A DNA stretch of 64,000 nucleotides from Tubiluchus corallicola (taxonomy: Eukaryota > Animalia > Priapulida), in the NCBI GenBank assembly GCA_030141605.1, contig JAQGDQ010000934.1, positions 15,313-79,312 of the forward strand. Reading direction: 5' to 3'. The position numbers and the translations under genes were made by a program. Every line of letters begins with the position of its first letter. Position 1 is the first letter of the stretch. This document shows, in pieces, positions 26,836 to 41,094 of this stretch. The notes under the pieces are model-generated. The model saw only the letters and a program-made list of their open reading frames with translations, ran no database searches and had not been told where the DNA came from.

Positions 26836-27195
26836 GAATGAATGAATGAGTGAGTGAGTGAATGAATGAATGAATGAACGAACGAACGAATGAATGAAAT
26901 AGTGAAGGAAGGAAAATGTTTGATATGTGAGTAAATGAAAAAAATAAATGAATGGATGAATGAATGAATGAATGAATGAATGAATGAACGAACGAACGAA
27001 CGAACGAATGAATGAAGTAGTAAAGGAAGGAAAATGTTTGATATGTGAGTAAATGAAAAAAATAAATGAATGACAGACTGAATGAATGAGTGAGTGAGAA
27101 AATCGAAATGAACGAAAGAAAAACTAAGAAAGAATGAACAGACGAACACACAAACGAGAAAATGAACGAATGAATGAATGCAGTGGTGAATGAAC
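26836..27195. repeat. (GAAT/GAAC)n compound microsatellite
   Basis: Direct inspection. Confidence 0.9.
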
Positions 27196-27323
27196 AAACA
27201 AACTACGAGTGAAGAGGATGGTTCACGTATATAATTTCTCTCATTTCAAACCGGTGCAAGCAAACCAATCGATTTTACACGTAGTTGTTTGTTTTTTGCT
27301 TGAGAGAAAAACGATATTTCCAG

Positions 27324-27333
27324 GTGTGTGTGT

Positions 27334-27384
<51 letters not shown>

Positions 27385-27397
27385 TGTGTGTGTGTGT

Positions 27398-27460
<63 letters not shown>

Positions 27461-27583
27461 CGTGTGTGTGTGTGTGAACGTGTGTGTGTGGTGTGTGTGT
27501 GTGTGTGTGAGCATGTGTGTGTGTGAGCATGTGTGTGTGTGAGCATGTGTGTGTGTGCGTGTGTGCATGTGTGTGTGTGTATG

Positions 27584-27615
<32 letters not shown>

Positions 27616-27733
27616 CGTGTCTGTGTGTGTGTGTGCGTGCGTGCGTGCACGTGTGTGTGCATGCGTGCGCGTGTGTGTGTGTGCGTACGTGCGTGTGCGT
27701 GTGTGTGGGTGTTTAGGTGCGTGCGTGCATGTG
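27324..27733. repeat. (GT)n microsatellite
   Basis: Direct inspection. Confidence 0.95.
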
Positions 27734-28826
27734 TTACACATAAAGTTGTGCAAGTTGAAAGCAGCATATAAGGAGCTATGATTTAGAATTTCAGAACATT
27801 CAATTCTCAAGATACTTTTCAAATAGCTTACATTTTACTAAGTGCAGCGAGACCTAAGGGCAATTAACACAGGGGAATACCTGGTACATACAGTTATACC
27901 TGGAAAGGCGTGTATCATACAGAACGAAAGGTGAATAATTCAGTAAGTTAATCATAGATAATTCCCGCTACGATTAAGTATTTATAATAGAGTACAAAGG
28001 CACCTACTCCACTATATCTAACACTCTCATCTCCCATAAAGCCTCATCTACCCTAACAAGCTTTTACTGCTGACGCATTTGTACTGGGATTGCAATAAAA
28101 ACTTTACAACTCATAAACGAAGTGTTCTATAATACATAGCGTCGTAAGATATTACTCCGCGGGGAAAATAAGTGCGGAAATTCATACAGCTCCTTTGGGG
28201 AAATAAGTACATGAAATACGAGCAACATATAATGTACGCATGCGCAATGCTTTTACACCCCGATGAATGACGAAACTGCTATAAATCCTTGTAAAATTGT
28301 TGAACTAAGTGCGACAGAAATTTTCATTAAAATTCAGACTCGCTTCACACACTAAATTTACATGATAATTTATGCTAGCATGTATAATAATATACTGAGA
28401 AACTCTATGATTTTCTACACTGATTAACGTAACAGCAGCTGCTCTATGGCCTAACAGTATGCAAGTCTAGATGTTTTATTTCGCTACAAAAGTTTAGTTA
28501 GTTGCTTCGGGTTTAGAAGTACATGTAAGTAGCAACTACGGATTTAAAAAGTCGTGGAAGTAGGCCTAGTCAAAATGTTTTTTTAAAAGGTCCAATATTT
28601 TCTAATAAAGGATAGCAACAGAAATTGCAAATCTTCCGGATATCAGTACTAACCCTCAGTATATATCTTCTAACCGCGAATGGGGGCGCCACAGTGTTCC
28701 CTTGATTTGCACTTCCTACTTCTGTAACTAACAATAAACTAGCAACGTACTTCGCGTTCATGAAATCAAGTAACCCGCGTAAAAGATATATATATACTAT
28801 CGAGATGATAATACTATACTACTGGA

Positions 28827-29189
28827 TGTGTGTGTGCGTGTGTGTGCGTGTGCGTGCGTGCGTGCGTGTGCATGTCTCTCTCTGTGTGTGTGTGTGTGTT
28901 TGTATGTGTGTACGTGCGTGTGTGTGTATATGTGCATGTGCGTGTGTGTGTGTCTGTGTGTATGTGCGTACGTGTGTGTGTCTGTGTGTGTGTGTGCGTC
29001 TGTGTCTGTGTGTGTCTGTGTCTGTGTCTGTGTCTCTGTGTGTCTCTGTGTCAGTGTGTCTGTGTCTGTGTCTCTCTGTGTGTGTGTCTCTGTGTCTGTG
29101 TCTGTGTCTCTGTGTGTTTGTGTGTCTGTGTGTGTGTGTGTCTGTGTCTGTGTCTCTGTGTCTCTGTGTCTCTGTGTGTTTGTGAGTCT

Positions 29190-29239
<50 letters not shown>

Positions 29240-29340
29240 GTGTATGCATGTGAGTGTGTGCGTGCATGTGTGCGTGTGTGTACGCATGTGCGTGTGTGCG
29301 TATGCATGTGCGTGTGTGCGTGTGCATGTGCGTGTGTGTG
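28827..29340. repeat. (GT/GTCT)n microsatellite
   Basis: Direct inspection. Confidence 0.95.
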
Positions 29341-29976
29341 ACATAATACTATCTAAGTCAAGATGTTTTAATTAGCCACAAAGTTTAGTTCCTTCACAAG
29401 GAATACAAGCATAATGGAGCAACTAAGGATTTAAAAGGGATACAGATAATGCGTAGTGTGTATCTCTTTATGCACGCATCAGTTACTGCACCTACAGAGC
29501 TGAAACGTCATACACTGAAGCAGTTTTTGTCCAAGGTGTTTAATAAGACTACGAAATACAGATAGTCCCAGCACTCAAATATGCTCAGAACTCGTCAATG
29601 GATCCCGTTAATGGATTTGCCCGTTAAATGGATCACGTGTACAGGGTTTTAGTCGAACAGGTTTCTCTAAAGTGAAACCACACGCAGGTTTAGTGAACGG
29701 GTGGGGAATTTGATACGCGGGCTTTACTAAACCGGTTTTACTTGAAACTAACTACAAAATGAAAGTGCAAGTAGGTTTCAATGAACGCGTTGGTCTATAT
29801 AATGCGTGCTTACTTTGAATTCTTTCATAGAATAGGCAGACTCTCTCTCGTCTAGGCAGACAAAATCAATCCTTTACAAGTTGTATTACCTTGGTTAGGT
29901 GAACAGACTCATTCAGCAGCAAACAAGATTCAACAACTTCAAATCTCAGTAACATTACGAACAATAATGTTATTCC

Positions 29977-32342
29977 TAAGTTCCTAACCCTAATTTATGA
30001 GCAATCTTAACAAGTAGTGGTAAGTTCCTAACCCTAATTTATGAGTAATCTTAACAAGTAGTGGTAAGTTCCTAACCCTAATTTATGAGTAATTTTAAAG
30101 CGTAGTGGCAAGTTTTTAACCGTAACTTATGAGTAATTTTAAAGCGTAGTGGCAAGTTTTTAACCATAACTTATGAGTAATTTTAAAGCATAGTGGCAAG
30201 TTTTTAACCGTAACTTATGAGTAATTTTAAAGCGTAGTGGCAAGTAACCGTAACCTTTAAAGCGTAGTGGCAAGTTCCTAACCGTAACTTATGAGTAACT
30301 TTAAAGTGTAGTGGCAAGTTCCTAACCGTAACTTATGAGTAACTTTAAAGCATAGTGGCAAGTTCCTAACCGTAACTTATGAGTAACTTTAAAGCGTAGT
30401 GGTAATTTCCTAACCGTAACTTATGAGTAATTTTAAAGCGTAGTGGTAATTTCCTAACCATAACTTATGAGTAATTTTAAAGCATAGTGGCAAGTTTTTA
30501 ACCATAACTTATGAGTAATTTTAAAGCATAGTGGCAAGTTTCTAACCGTAACTTATGAGTAACTTTAAAGCGTAGTGGCAAGTTCCTAACCGTAACTTAT
30601 GAGTAACTTTAAAGCGTAGTGGCAAGTTCCTAACCGTAACTTATGAGTAACTTTAAAGCGTAGTGGCAAGTTCCTAACCGTAACTTATAAGTAATTTTAA
30701 AGTGTAGTGGTAAGTTCCTAACCGTAACTTATGAGTAATTTTAAAGCGTAGTGGTAAGTTCCTAACCATAACTTATCAGTAATTTTAAAGCGAGGTGGTA
30801 AATTCCTAACCATAACTTATGAGTAATTTTAAAGCGTAGTGGTAATTTGCTAACCATAACTTATGAGTGATTTTAAAGCGTAGCGGCAAGTTCCTAACCG
30901 TAACTTATGAGTAATTTTAAAGCGTAGTGGCAAGTTCCTAACCGTAACTTATGAGCAATTTTAAAGCGTAGTGGCAAGTTCCTAACCGTAGCTTATGAGT
31001 AATTTTAAAGCGTAGTGGCAAGTGCCTAACCGTAACTTATGAGTAATTTTAAAGCGTAGTGGCAAGTTCCTAACCGTAACTTATGAGTAATTTTAAAGCG
31101 TAGTGGCAAGTTCCTAACCGTAAATTATGAGTAATTTTAAAGCGTAGTGGCAAGTTCCTAACCGTAAATTATGAGTAATTTTAAAGCGTAGTGGAAAATT
31201 AACTTATGAGTAATTTTAAAGCGTAGTGGTAAGTTCCTAACCGTATCTTATGAGTAATTTTAAAGCGTAGTGGTAAGTTCCTAACCGTAAGTTATGAGTA
31301 ATTTTAGAGCGTAGTGGTAAGTTCCTAACCGTAACTTATGAGTAATTTTAGAGCGTAGTGGTAAGTTCCTAACCGTAACTTATGAGTAATTTTAAAGCGT
31401 AGTGAAAAATTCCTAACCGTAACTTATGAGTAATTTTAAAGCGTAGTGGAAAATTCCTAACCGTAACTTATGAGTAATTTTAAAGCGTAGTGGTAAGTTC
31501 CTAACCGTATCTTATGAGTAATTTTAAAGCGTAGTGGTAAGTTCCTAACCGTAACTTATGAGTAATTTTAAAGCGTAGTGGTAAGTTCCTAACCGTAACT
31601 TATGAGTAATTTTAAAGCGTAGTGGCAAGTTCCTAACCGTAACTTATGAGTAATTTTAAAGCGTAGTGGCAAGTTCCTAACCGTAAATTATGAGTAATTT
31701 TAAAGCGTAGTGGCAAGTTCCTAACCGTAAATTATGAGTAATTTTAAAGCGTAGTGGAAAATTAACTTATGAGTAATTTTAAAGCGTAGTGGTAAGTTCC
31801 TAACCGTATCTTATGAGTAATTTTAAAGCGTAGTGGTAAGTTCCTAACCGTAAGTTATGAGTAATTTTAGAGCGTAGTGGTAAGTTCCTAACCGTAACTT
31901 ATGAGTAATTTTAGAGCGTAGTGGTAAGTTCCTAACCGTAACTTATGAGTAATTTTAAAGCGTAGTGAAAAATTCCTAACCGTAACTTATGAGTAATTTT
32001 AAAGCGTAGTGGAAAATTCCTAACCGTAACTTATGAGTAATTTTAAAGCGTAGTGGTAAGTTCCTAACCGTATCTTATGAGTAATTTTAAAGCGTAGTGG
32101 TAAGTTCCTAACCGTAACTTATGAGTAATTTTAGAGCGTAGTGGTAAGTTCCTAACCGTAACTTATGAGTAATTTTAAAGCGTAGTGGCAAGTTCCTAAC
32201 CGTAACTTATGAGTAATTTTAGAGCGTAGTGGTAAGTTCCTAACCGTAACTTATGAGTAATTTTAGAGCGTAGTGGTAAGTTCCTAACCGTAACTTATGA
32301 GTAATTTTAGAGCGTAGTGGTAAGTTCCTAACCGTAACTTAT
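29977..32342. repeat. Minisatellite, 44-bp unit, about 54 copies
   Basis: gttcctaaccgtaacttatgagtaattttaaagcgtagtggtaa. Confidence 0.97.
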
Positions 32343-33316
32343 CCCTCTCTCTATGCAGGTACTACCTAACCCTTGCTAAGCGGTATCGCATCTCCCGCAG
32401 ACATAATAACTAGCTTTGAAGGAAGCCATGCAATCATTTGCACATGTTCCATTACCAAGTGTCAGCAATGTAATGCATGAATCATGAGCAGCTGTGAGAT
32501 ACCTTGCGGGTCTAGAAACGGATAATGATATTAAACTGTAACAGTAATATATACGCTAGAGGTACATGTATAGTCACAGAGCGAGAGCATTGTGGGTAAT
32601 GGATCATACTACCTTCTTATAAAAAAATCTCTAACTACATAATTGTGTAGCTTGTAACGTTTAACCTGAAAACAAATATGATAATTTTATATAATTTTGC
32701 TCAATTTTACGGTGAAATCTAAACCAAATTGATCTAATTAACTTTAACAAAGTTTTACGCATATTATAAAATCTAATCTCTAGTCTAATTAATCTCATCT
32801 TTTTAATAAACAAAGGTTCAAGATTCAAGATTCAAGATTCAAGGTTCAAAATTTAAGAAATTAATAAATCAACTTACATGGTGATCTTCTATAAGTGTAA
32901 TTATGAAATTATAACAACGAATCAATGAATGACGCTAAACAATGTGTAACTGCCGTGTGTGAATGCCTGAGTTACTCCAATCTACAGGTAAGTGTACAGG
33001 TAAAAGACCGGTCACATGACCTGTTTAAAAGGAAACCAATTTATAACAGAAAAGAGGGGGCAATACAAGTTTAGATCAGCACATACACCAAAATATCACC
33101 AAAATTACATATATAGTCGTAAATAATAGCAGTGATATGGATTAGTGTGCCGGTCAAGATTGGTACACACAGACATAGCAGAACTCTAAATTGGCTTGTC
33201 AGTCACTGATCATATAGATTGCCATTCTGCTTCAGTGTAATGCCCGGATGTTGTTTGTACTTTGCAGAGCCCTGATTCGAGTAAAGGCGCTTTGAATGAA
33301 CGTTTAGTCTGCTTAA

Positions 33317-33948
33317 AGGAAACCCACACCCAACTCTAGTACAAAACAATCTACTCTTTAAAATATTGAAACAGAACATACCATTTTTAAAGAATGACTT
33401 ACGTGAAAGAATTATTACCACACAAACACAGTTTAACGTTCGCGCCACTAGTTCTTCGCTGTTACATGCATTTCGTCATTCGTTAGTTAGACGGGCACTA
33501 GCGCGTGCGTTTCGGAAACGCATTGCATCAAAAACAGGTGCTGCACCTCTCAGTTCAGAGGTCTTACTTTCCGACGAATTACACACGTTCGACAACTCAT
33601 GCATGGCACAGCGGTAAATTTGAAATTTGAATTTTTATGTCAAATTTTGTTGAGTTTTTGGATATTACAGTGAACGTTATACAGTAACACTGTACTTAAT
33701 CTTCGCTTTTGCAAACACTTTCATCACAATAATGGAATGTTTTTGCTCTTAAAAATTGTGCTCGTTTGTGACGTCATCACCAACTGGGCTCCCCCTCCGT
33801 TAATTGAATTCTTAACCTATTATTTAATTATCAGAAACGCTTTGGCATTATTATAGGTGTTAAAATGCAAAATGTCACCCACTTCAAAATGGAGTAGGAC
33901 AACATTTCACCCACTTCAAAATAGAGTAGGACATCATCTTGTTTTGTT
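33317..33948. mobile_element. TTAA-specific non-autonomous DNA transposon (Kolobok-like family B)
   Basis: TTAA-aggaaa start and TTAA at the end; shares an internal core (gttcgcgccactagttcttcgctgttac...) with three other copies. Confidence 0.7.
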
Positions 33949-34551
33949 TTAAGATGTTTGCAGGTCACAAAGACGTGAACATTTATCATAGTAATTCACT
34001 TACTTTGCTATCTTGCTGGACAGTTTCGCCAGTAATCGCGCTTGATAAAACAGCCAGAGTGAACCCTCTCAGTATGAACACGCTACTTTTAGAGATAATA
34101 CTAAGGTACTAAAAACAGAGCTCCCCGGGTGCCCACTGAAGCAGTAATGCAAATGAAAACAAGATCATACATAGGAAGCCACTTTAAGACTGGCTTCAAC
34201 ACAGAAGTCAAGCAGAAGCCAAATTACCATTTACTGCATCTAACAGCCTAACGTTACAGTCAGCTGAGATTTATGACCAAATTCTATTATTTCCTGAGAT
34301 AAATGCCAAGACACGTTAATGATGATTTACAAGAAAAAAATGTCAGCTAAAATAGAGCGCAACTAATTAACGCTAAGGAGGTGAGACCACACGCAAACTC
34401 CCGTTTTTCAGCCGGGCTGCTTATCTGTGGGCATCTTCTATCAGCAAATTGTTTCCCTGCTAATTGCACCCTCCCCATTTCAGGAATTTTATTAATCAGG
34501 ATGTGTATTCAAATTTTCACCCTCTATTGTAGTTCCATACGTGTGGCTACA

Positions 34552-35368
34552 AGTACTACCAGCACTACTGGTACTACTACTAGTACTACCACCACTATTG
34601 GTACTACCACTAGTACTACCAGCACTACTGGTACTACTACTAGTACTACCAGCACTACTGGTACTACTACTAGTACTACCACCACTATTGGTACTACTAC
34701 TAGTACTACCAGCACTACTGGTACTACTACTAGTACTACCAGCACTATTGGTACTACTACTAGTACTACCAGCACTACTGGTACTACTACTAGTACTACC
34801 AGCACTATTGGTACTACTACTCCTAGTACTACCAGCACTATTGGTACTACTACTAGTACTACCAGCAATATTGGTACTACTACTCCTAGTACTACCAGCA
34901 CTATTGGTACTACTATTAGTACTACCAGCACTATTGGTACTACTACTAGTACTACCAGCACTATTGGTACTACTACTAGTACTACCAGCACTACTGGTAC
35001 TACTACTAGTACTACCAGCACTATTGGTACTACTACTCCTAGTACTACCAGCACTATTGGTACTACTACTAGTACTACCAGCAATATTGGTACTACTACT
35101 CCTAGTACTACCAGCACTATTGGTACTACTATTAGTACTACCAGCACTATTGGTACTACTACTAGTACTACCAGCACTATTGGTACTACTACTAGTACTA
35201 CCAGCACTATTGGTACTACTACTAATACTACCAGCACTATTGGTACTACTACTAGTACTACCAGCACTATTGGTACTATTACTAGTATTACCAGCACTAT
35301 TGGTACTACTACTAGTACTACCAGCACTATTGGTACTACTACTAATTCTACCAGCACTATTGTACTAC
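34552..35368. repeat. (ACT)n-derived 30-33-bp minisatellite
   Basis: agtactaccagcactattggtactactact. Confidence 0.95.
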
Positions 35369-36193
35369 CCAGTGGCTTTGCCCGGCACTTTGCCAAATCT
35401 GATTTCCGGCTAAGAAAACCTAGCAAAACCATTCAGCAAGAATATCGGTTAGGTGTGAACGCACAATCATTTCGATTATCCTTCACAGAATCACTCATTA
35501 ACAACGAATGTGTTTGATTTTTGTTTCACTGAAAATTTCTGACCTGGTCATGTTCTCCTTTTGAAACGCGCGTGATTGTAGTTTGCAGGGAAAGACTCTT
35601 CTAGTAGAGAATTCCATATGTAAGACATCCGAGGAAAAACCGAATTTATGCTCAACTGTTTTCCATCACGCATTAACTAACAGTGTTTTTTTATTTACTA
35701 TAAATTTCCTTTTATAAAAGAATTCTTATAAATTCGTTCGGTCGCCCAGTGACGTTACCATCTTGCCGAAAAGACCATAAAATTACGCAACAGTTAATAA
35801 ACCCGATACGCCATTAATTAAGTACCATTATACTAACACAAACGATATTGGCTTATCAACTAAAAAGGCATTATGGGAAAATTAACGATGTGCGGTGAAT
35901 GCTACTATTGGCAGCCGCGTCGTTTTGCGAGCCGTAACTTCAGAATTTTAGACCTGATAGTGTAATTTTACCGTAATTCGACTAGGCATAAAATAAAATC
36001 CTGGCGAACTATTTGCGTTCGAGTTGCAAATTCATTTTCAGCAGGAAAACCTTGGGGGAAAGCAAAACCGGAACTAATCTTAAATTGCAGATCAACAGGG
36101 CCTATTTCGGGGGGGGGGGGAGTGGGGATACTTCCCCGGGGCCTCGCACGAAGGTAACATTTTTTTTCTTTATGCGAACATACTGCCTTTCTT

Positions 36194-36250
<57 letters not shown>

Positions 36251-36447
36251 CTCGCTCTCGCTCTCTCTCGCTGCACGCGCACCGTTTGCCAGTATTGACA
36301 AGTATTAAGGACTGGTCTTGAGAATAAAGCAGTTTTTCTTTCAATTGTTCTTTCCTTTAACAACTGTATGACTCCATATTTTCTCTTCGAAAATGCTTCT
36401 CCGGCGTTCTAGCAGTTCAAACATTTTCTTAGGCTGAAATAGGCCCT

Positions 36448-37008
36448 GCAGGTCAAAACAGTCTACTCTTTAAAATATTGAAAGGAAACGTAATGTTTTT
36501 TCAAAAATAACTTGCGTGAATAAATTATTACCACACAAACACAATTTTACGTTCGCGCCACTAGTTCTTCGCTGTTACCTGCATTTCGTCATTCGCTAGT
36601 TAGACCGCCTGTATTTCGGAAACGCGTTGCATGGAAAACAGGTGCTGTACCTCTCAGTTCAGACATGTTACTTTGTGAACTCATGCTTGCACAGCGGTAA
36701 ATACAACATTTCAATTTGTATCTTAAAACGTGCCTGGTTTTAGTACAAAACATTGAATATCTTACACTAGCACTGTACTTCATTTTCGCTTTCACAAACA
36801 CGTGCACCACGCTCATGGAATATTTTTGCTGTTGAAAATTACGTTGGTTTGTGATGTCATCAATAGTTGGGCTCGCCCGCCGTTAGTTAAGTTTTTAATC
36901 TACTATTTAATTATCAGAAACGCTTTTGCAGTATTAATTGTATTAACATGTATACTTCTTATCGTACTTGAAAATGGGGTAGTATATGAAAAATCATCCT
37001 GTCTTCCT
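36448..37008. mobile_element. Kolobok-like family B, partial copy
   Basis: Shared core; ends cctgtcttcct-TTAA. Confidence 0.7.
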
Positions 37009-37387
37009 TTAAGAAGCTGCTCTCTTTCTTGTCATGTCCAGGTATAACAACTGATGGTATTAGTAAATGAAGCCATTAAACTGGCATTGGTTTTACATTT
37101 TGAAACCACGAGACACGTCGACTTGAGCGCAATGAGAAGCCACTGTAATTACATCGGTTTTCTCTGTCACTATGGTCACAGCAGTACCGGATTTCCGGTT
37201 TCAAGTAATATTCTATTTCTTGCCAAACTTTCACTGAATCATGTCACTCCAGTTACTTGATACATGTAATTAGCTTAGATGTGATGATGTCACCACTCAC
37301 GACTATCATGCTGGTGCTATTCTTGTTCAATCAATCAATGTTAATTTATTCCTGTCCTGAATGCTGCTAAATGGCTCCACCCAAATG

Positions 37388-37523
37388 GCTGTTTCTGTTG
37401 CTGTTGTTGTTGTTGTTGCTGCTGCTGCTGCTGTTGTTGTTGCTGCTGCTACTGTTGTTGTTGTTGTTGCTGTTGTCATTTTATTCCTGTCCTGACTGCT
37501 GGTAAATGGCTCGATCCAAATGG

Positions 37524-37567
<44 letters not shown>

Positions 37568-37702
37568 CCTGTTAATTTATTCCTGTGCTGAAAATGACTG
37601 CTGTTAAATGGCTCGATTCAAATGGCTGTTTCTGTTGCTGTTGCTGCTGTTGAGGCTGTTTCTGTTGTTATTGCTGCTGTTGTGGCTGTGGCTGTTGTTG
37701 TT
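37388..37702. repeat. (GTT/GCT)n tracts within a larger triplicated unit
   Basis: ttattcctgtcctga..aaatggctc..caaatgg recurs three times between the triplet tracts. Confidence 0.85.
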
Positions 37703-38114
37703 ACAAAAGCACTGCTCACTGTTAAACTTCTAGTAGACTGGTGTAAGCGGTTTTTGTTAGAACACGAAGAACTGCATACTACACAAGTGAGGCATTCACA
37801 TTCACACGACAAAGACGCAGTGTAGTTATGGAGGCAAGATTCTAAAATCTCTAATACGATTTCAGCCTATAAGTGAGTTCAGGATGCGCTAGCTCCTTTA
37901 GTTCAGAAATAATATTACAAGATGGCAACACCTGTGCTGTAAACACTGCCATAAGGCTAACTGGCCATTACGTGTTGACATGTTTTGATAAATTTATTGA
38001 AATATTATAAGCTGATGCCCTTCAAACTTTTTTCTTATTTCCGCCACAATTTACTGAGGCAGGTTGACAGGTTTACGTTTGAGACTAGCAGTTTATGATC
38101 AGACTGAATATAGG

Positions 38115-38550
38115 GATGTGCTGATTTAAACTTGTATTGCCCCCTCTTTTCTGTTATAAACTGGTTTCCTTTTAAACAGGTCATGTGACCAGTCTTTTAC
38201 CTGTACACTTACCTGTAGATTGGAGCCACTCAGGCATTCACACACTGCAGTGACAGATTGTTTAGCGTCATTCATTGATTCGTTGTTATAATTTCATAAT
38301 TACACTTATAGAAGATCACCATGTAAGTTGATTTATTAATTTCTTAAATCTTGAACCTTTGTTTATTAAAAAGACTAGAGATTAGATTTTGTAATTTGCG
38401 TAAAACTTTGTTAAAGTTAATTAGTTCAATTTGGTTTAGATTTCCATGTAAAATTGAGCAAAATTATATAAAATTATCTTATTTGTTTTCAGGTTAAACG
38501 ATACAAGCTTCACAATTATGTTGTTAGAGATTTTTTTATAAGAAGGTAGC
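38115..38550. mobile_element. Dispersed repeat (inverted homologue at about 32610-33085) flanked by 39-bp direct repeats
   Basis: Reverse complement match to 32610-33085; identical 39-mer at 38076-38114 and 38555-38593. Confidence 0.7.
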
Positions 38551-38847
38551 ACAGCGTTTGAGACTAGCAGTTTATGATCAGACTGAATATAGGTCCTTCC
38601 AGAACCAGTTAATTTTCTTGTGAATTAATAACATTGGTGTTTTAGCCGTTCGTCTGTTATTTAAAACTTATGAAAGAACATGTAATTTAGCCAGGATAAA
38701 CGATGTTTAAAAAAGGTCAAATAAATAACCGCTGGGGAAATAAAACCGCTTTAAAATAAACCTTTTGAAGTTGACAGAAAAGTCAATTTCACGCTAGAAG
38801 TACAGCAAGGTAGAAAATGATATTACTTAGCGATTAAACGACGAAGT

Positions 38848-39730
38848 GTCAAAGGAATGATGTAAAACTTCGTAACAAACTGCATCCGTTTCCAGAGTCA
38901 AAGGAATGATGTAAAACTGCATAACAAACTGCATCCGTTTCCAGAGTCAAAGGAATGATGTAAAACTGCATAACAAACTGTATCCATTTCCAGAGTCAAA
39001 GGAATGATGTAAAACTTCGTAACAAACTGCATCCGTTTCCAGAGTCAAAGGAATGATGTAAAACTTCGTAACAAACTGCATCCATTTCCAGAGTCAAAGG
39101 AATGATGTAAAACTGCATAACAAACTGTATCCATTTCCAGAGTCAAAGGAATGATGTAAAACTGCATAACAAACTGCATCCGTTTCCAGAGTCAAAGGAG
39201 TGATGTAAAACTGCATAACAAACTGCATCCGTTTCCAGAGTCAAAGGAATGATGTAAAACTGCATAACAAACTGTATCCATTTCCAGAGTCAAAGGAATG
39301 ATGTAAAACTTCGTAACAAACTGCATCCGTTTCCAGAGTCAAAGGAATGATGTAAAACTTCGTAACAAACTGCATCCATTTCCAGAGTCAAAGGAATGAT
39401 GTAAAACTTTGTAACAAACTGCATCCATTTCCAGAGTCAAAGGAATGATGTAAAACTTCGTAACAAACTGCATCCGTTTCCAGAGTCAAAGGAATGATGT
39501 AAAACTTCGTAACAAACTGCATCCGTTTCCAGAGTCAAAGGAATGATGTAAAACTTCGTAACAAACTGCATCCGTTTCCAGAGTCAAAGGAATGATGTAA
39601 AACTTCGTAACAAACTGCATCCATTTCCAGAGTCAAAGGAATGATGTAAAACTTCGTAACAAGCTGCATCCGTTTCCAGAGTCAAAGGAATGATGTAAAA
39701 ACTGCATAACAAACTGCATCCGTTTCCAGA
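38848..39730. repeat. Minisatellite, 49-bp unit, about 18 copies
   Basis: gtcaaaggaatgatgtaaaacttcgtaacaaactgcatccgtttccaga. Confidence 0.97.
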
Positions 39731-40101
39731 ATCATAACCTTTCGACAGTTTCTACTGAGAGTGTCAATTTATTATAAAATTATGAATTAAATCAAATTGT
39801 TAGTAAGAATTTAATTTATGGAAATTGTTCAATCAGCATGGTTTAATTAACCAAATTTCTCGCATCAGCATTCAATGTGTTAATAATTTATTATACACAT
39901 TCATAATTTTTGATTAATATTACTGGTAGTATTAAGCACTGGTGTTGTTTGAGCACTTGACAATGGCAAAAGAAGTTGGAGAAATTTTGTGATTCTGGAA
40001 TAAGATGCATTTGTGATGAAGTTTTGCATGAACTCTTTGATATTATTGTCTATTTTTAGATTTCCAAACAACCGTTCTATTGCCGACATACCTATTTTTT
40101 C

Positions 40102-40156
<55 letters not shown>

Positions 40157-41094
40157 ATCTTTATTTGCCATTAAAATACATTGATAATCACCGATAAAAA
40201 CTTTACAGAGATGATCAGTCAGTGTTAGTTAATAAAAACTTACACTGCTAAAGGCAAATGCATCAGTGCAATCTAAACTACTGTGCAGTAATGGAAAGTA
40301 ACGACGAATAAAATCAAACATATTTACAACTATGCACAAAAAATGAAAAAAATTATGATTTAATTAATATGGTGGGTATATGAATTCTGAATTAGTGTGT
40401 ATGTTGTCGTACTGGTGTGATGGTATTTCATATCTGGTTAATATTAGTGATTTTAATTTTGTTTTAAATGCTTTATTATACGAAGTGCAAACAAATCACA
40501 CAAACAGCACTTCATATCTTTGACTTGCAAGCCTACAGAACTCAGTATTCGACAGCCATTTTGCTATAAACGCATAGTTATAACTAACACACATACACAC
40601 AAATAAAACGTATTTACAACTATTCACAAAAAAATGAAAAATTATGATTTAATTAATATGGCCGTGGATATATGAATTCTGAATTAGTGTGTATGTTGTC
40701 GTACTGGTGTGATGGTATTTCATATCTGGTTAATATTAATGATTTTAATTTTGTTTCAAATGCTGATAGGACTTGATTTGTTTAACCTGTAATAATTTGC
40801 TTATTTTTGAAATAAATAACCAAGAAAAATATTTCTAAGCAGAATAAAATCATATCATTTACAGTAAGTGAACCATCCGTATCTTTCTGGCTGGTGAATA
40901 TTTTATTACACTACTGGATATTTTCCCAGACTCTGGTAAAAGCTTCATTATAATGAATTGCTCAACCTTCACAGGATTTCTCCCTGTCTATTTACTTAAC
41001 AGTTGAAATAATAAATCAGGATAAACCCCAATCAATAATGCAACCGCCGAATAAGTAAATAGAATTAATTTGATTCTCTGTTGACATTTGAGTG

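Noticed and set aside
26688-29375. HT/CV-repeat and FIHS-repeat ORFs
   Set aside because: Translations of (GT)n and (GAAT)n microsatellites.
34381-35517. 378-aa mucin-like Thr/Ser-rich ORF
   Set aside because: It is an (ACT)n-derived array open in several frames and both strands, has a GTG start and lacks convincing splice context. An exon cannot be fully excluded.
40320-40765. Duplicated segment of about 150 bp
   Set aside because: It looks like a CR1/L2-type LINE 3' fragment on the minus strand (FKTKLKSLIL) with a local duplication; ordinary.
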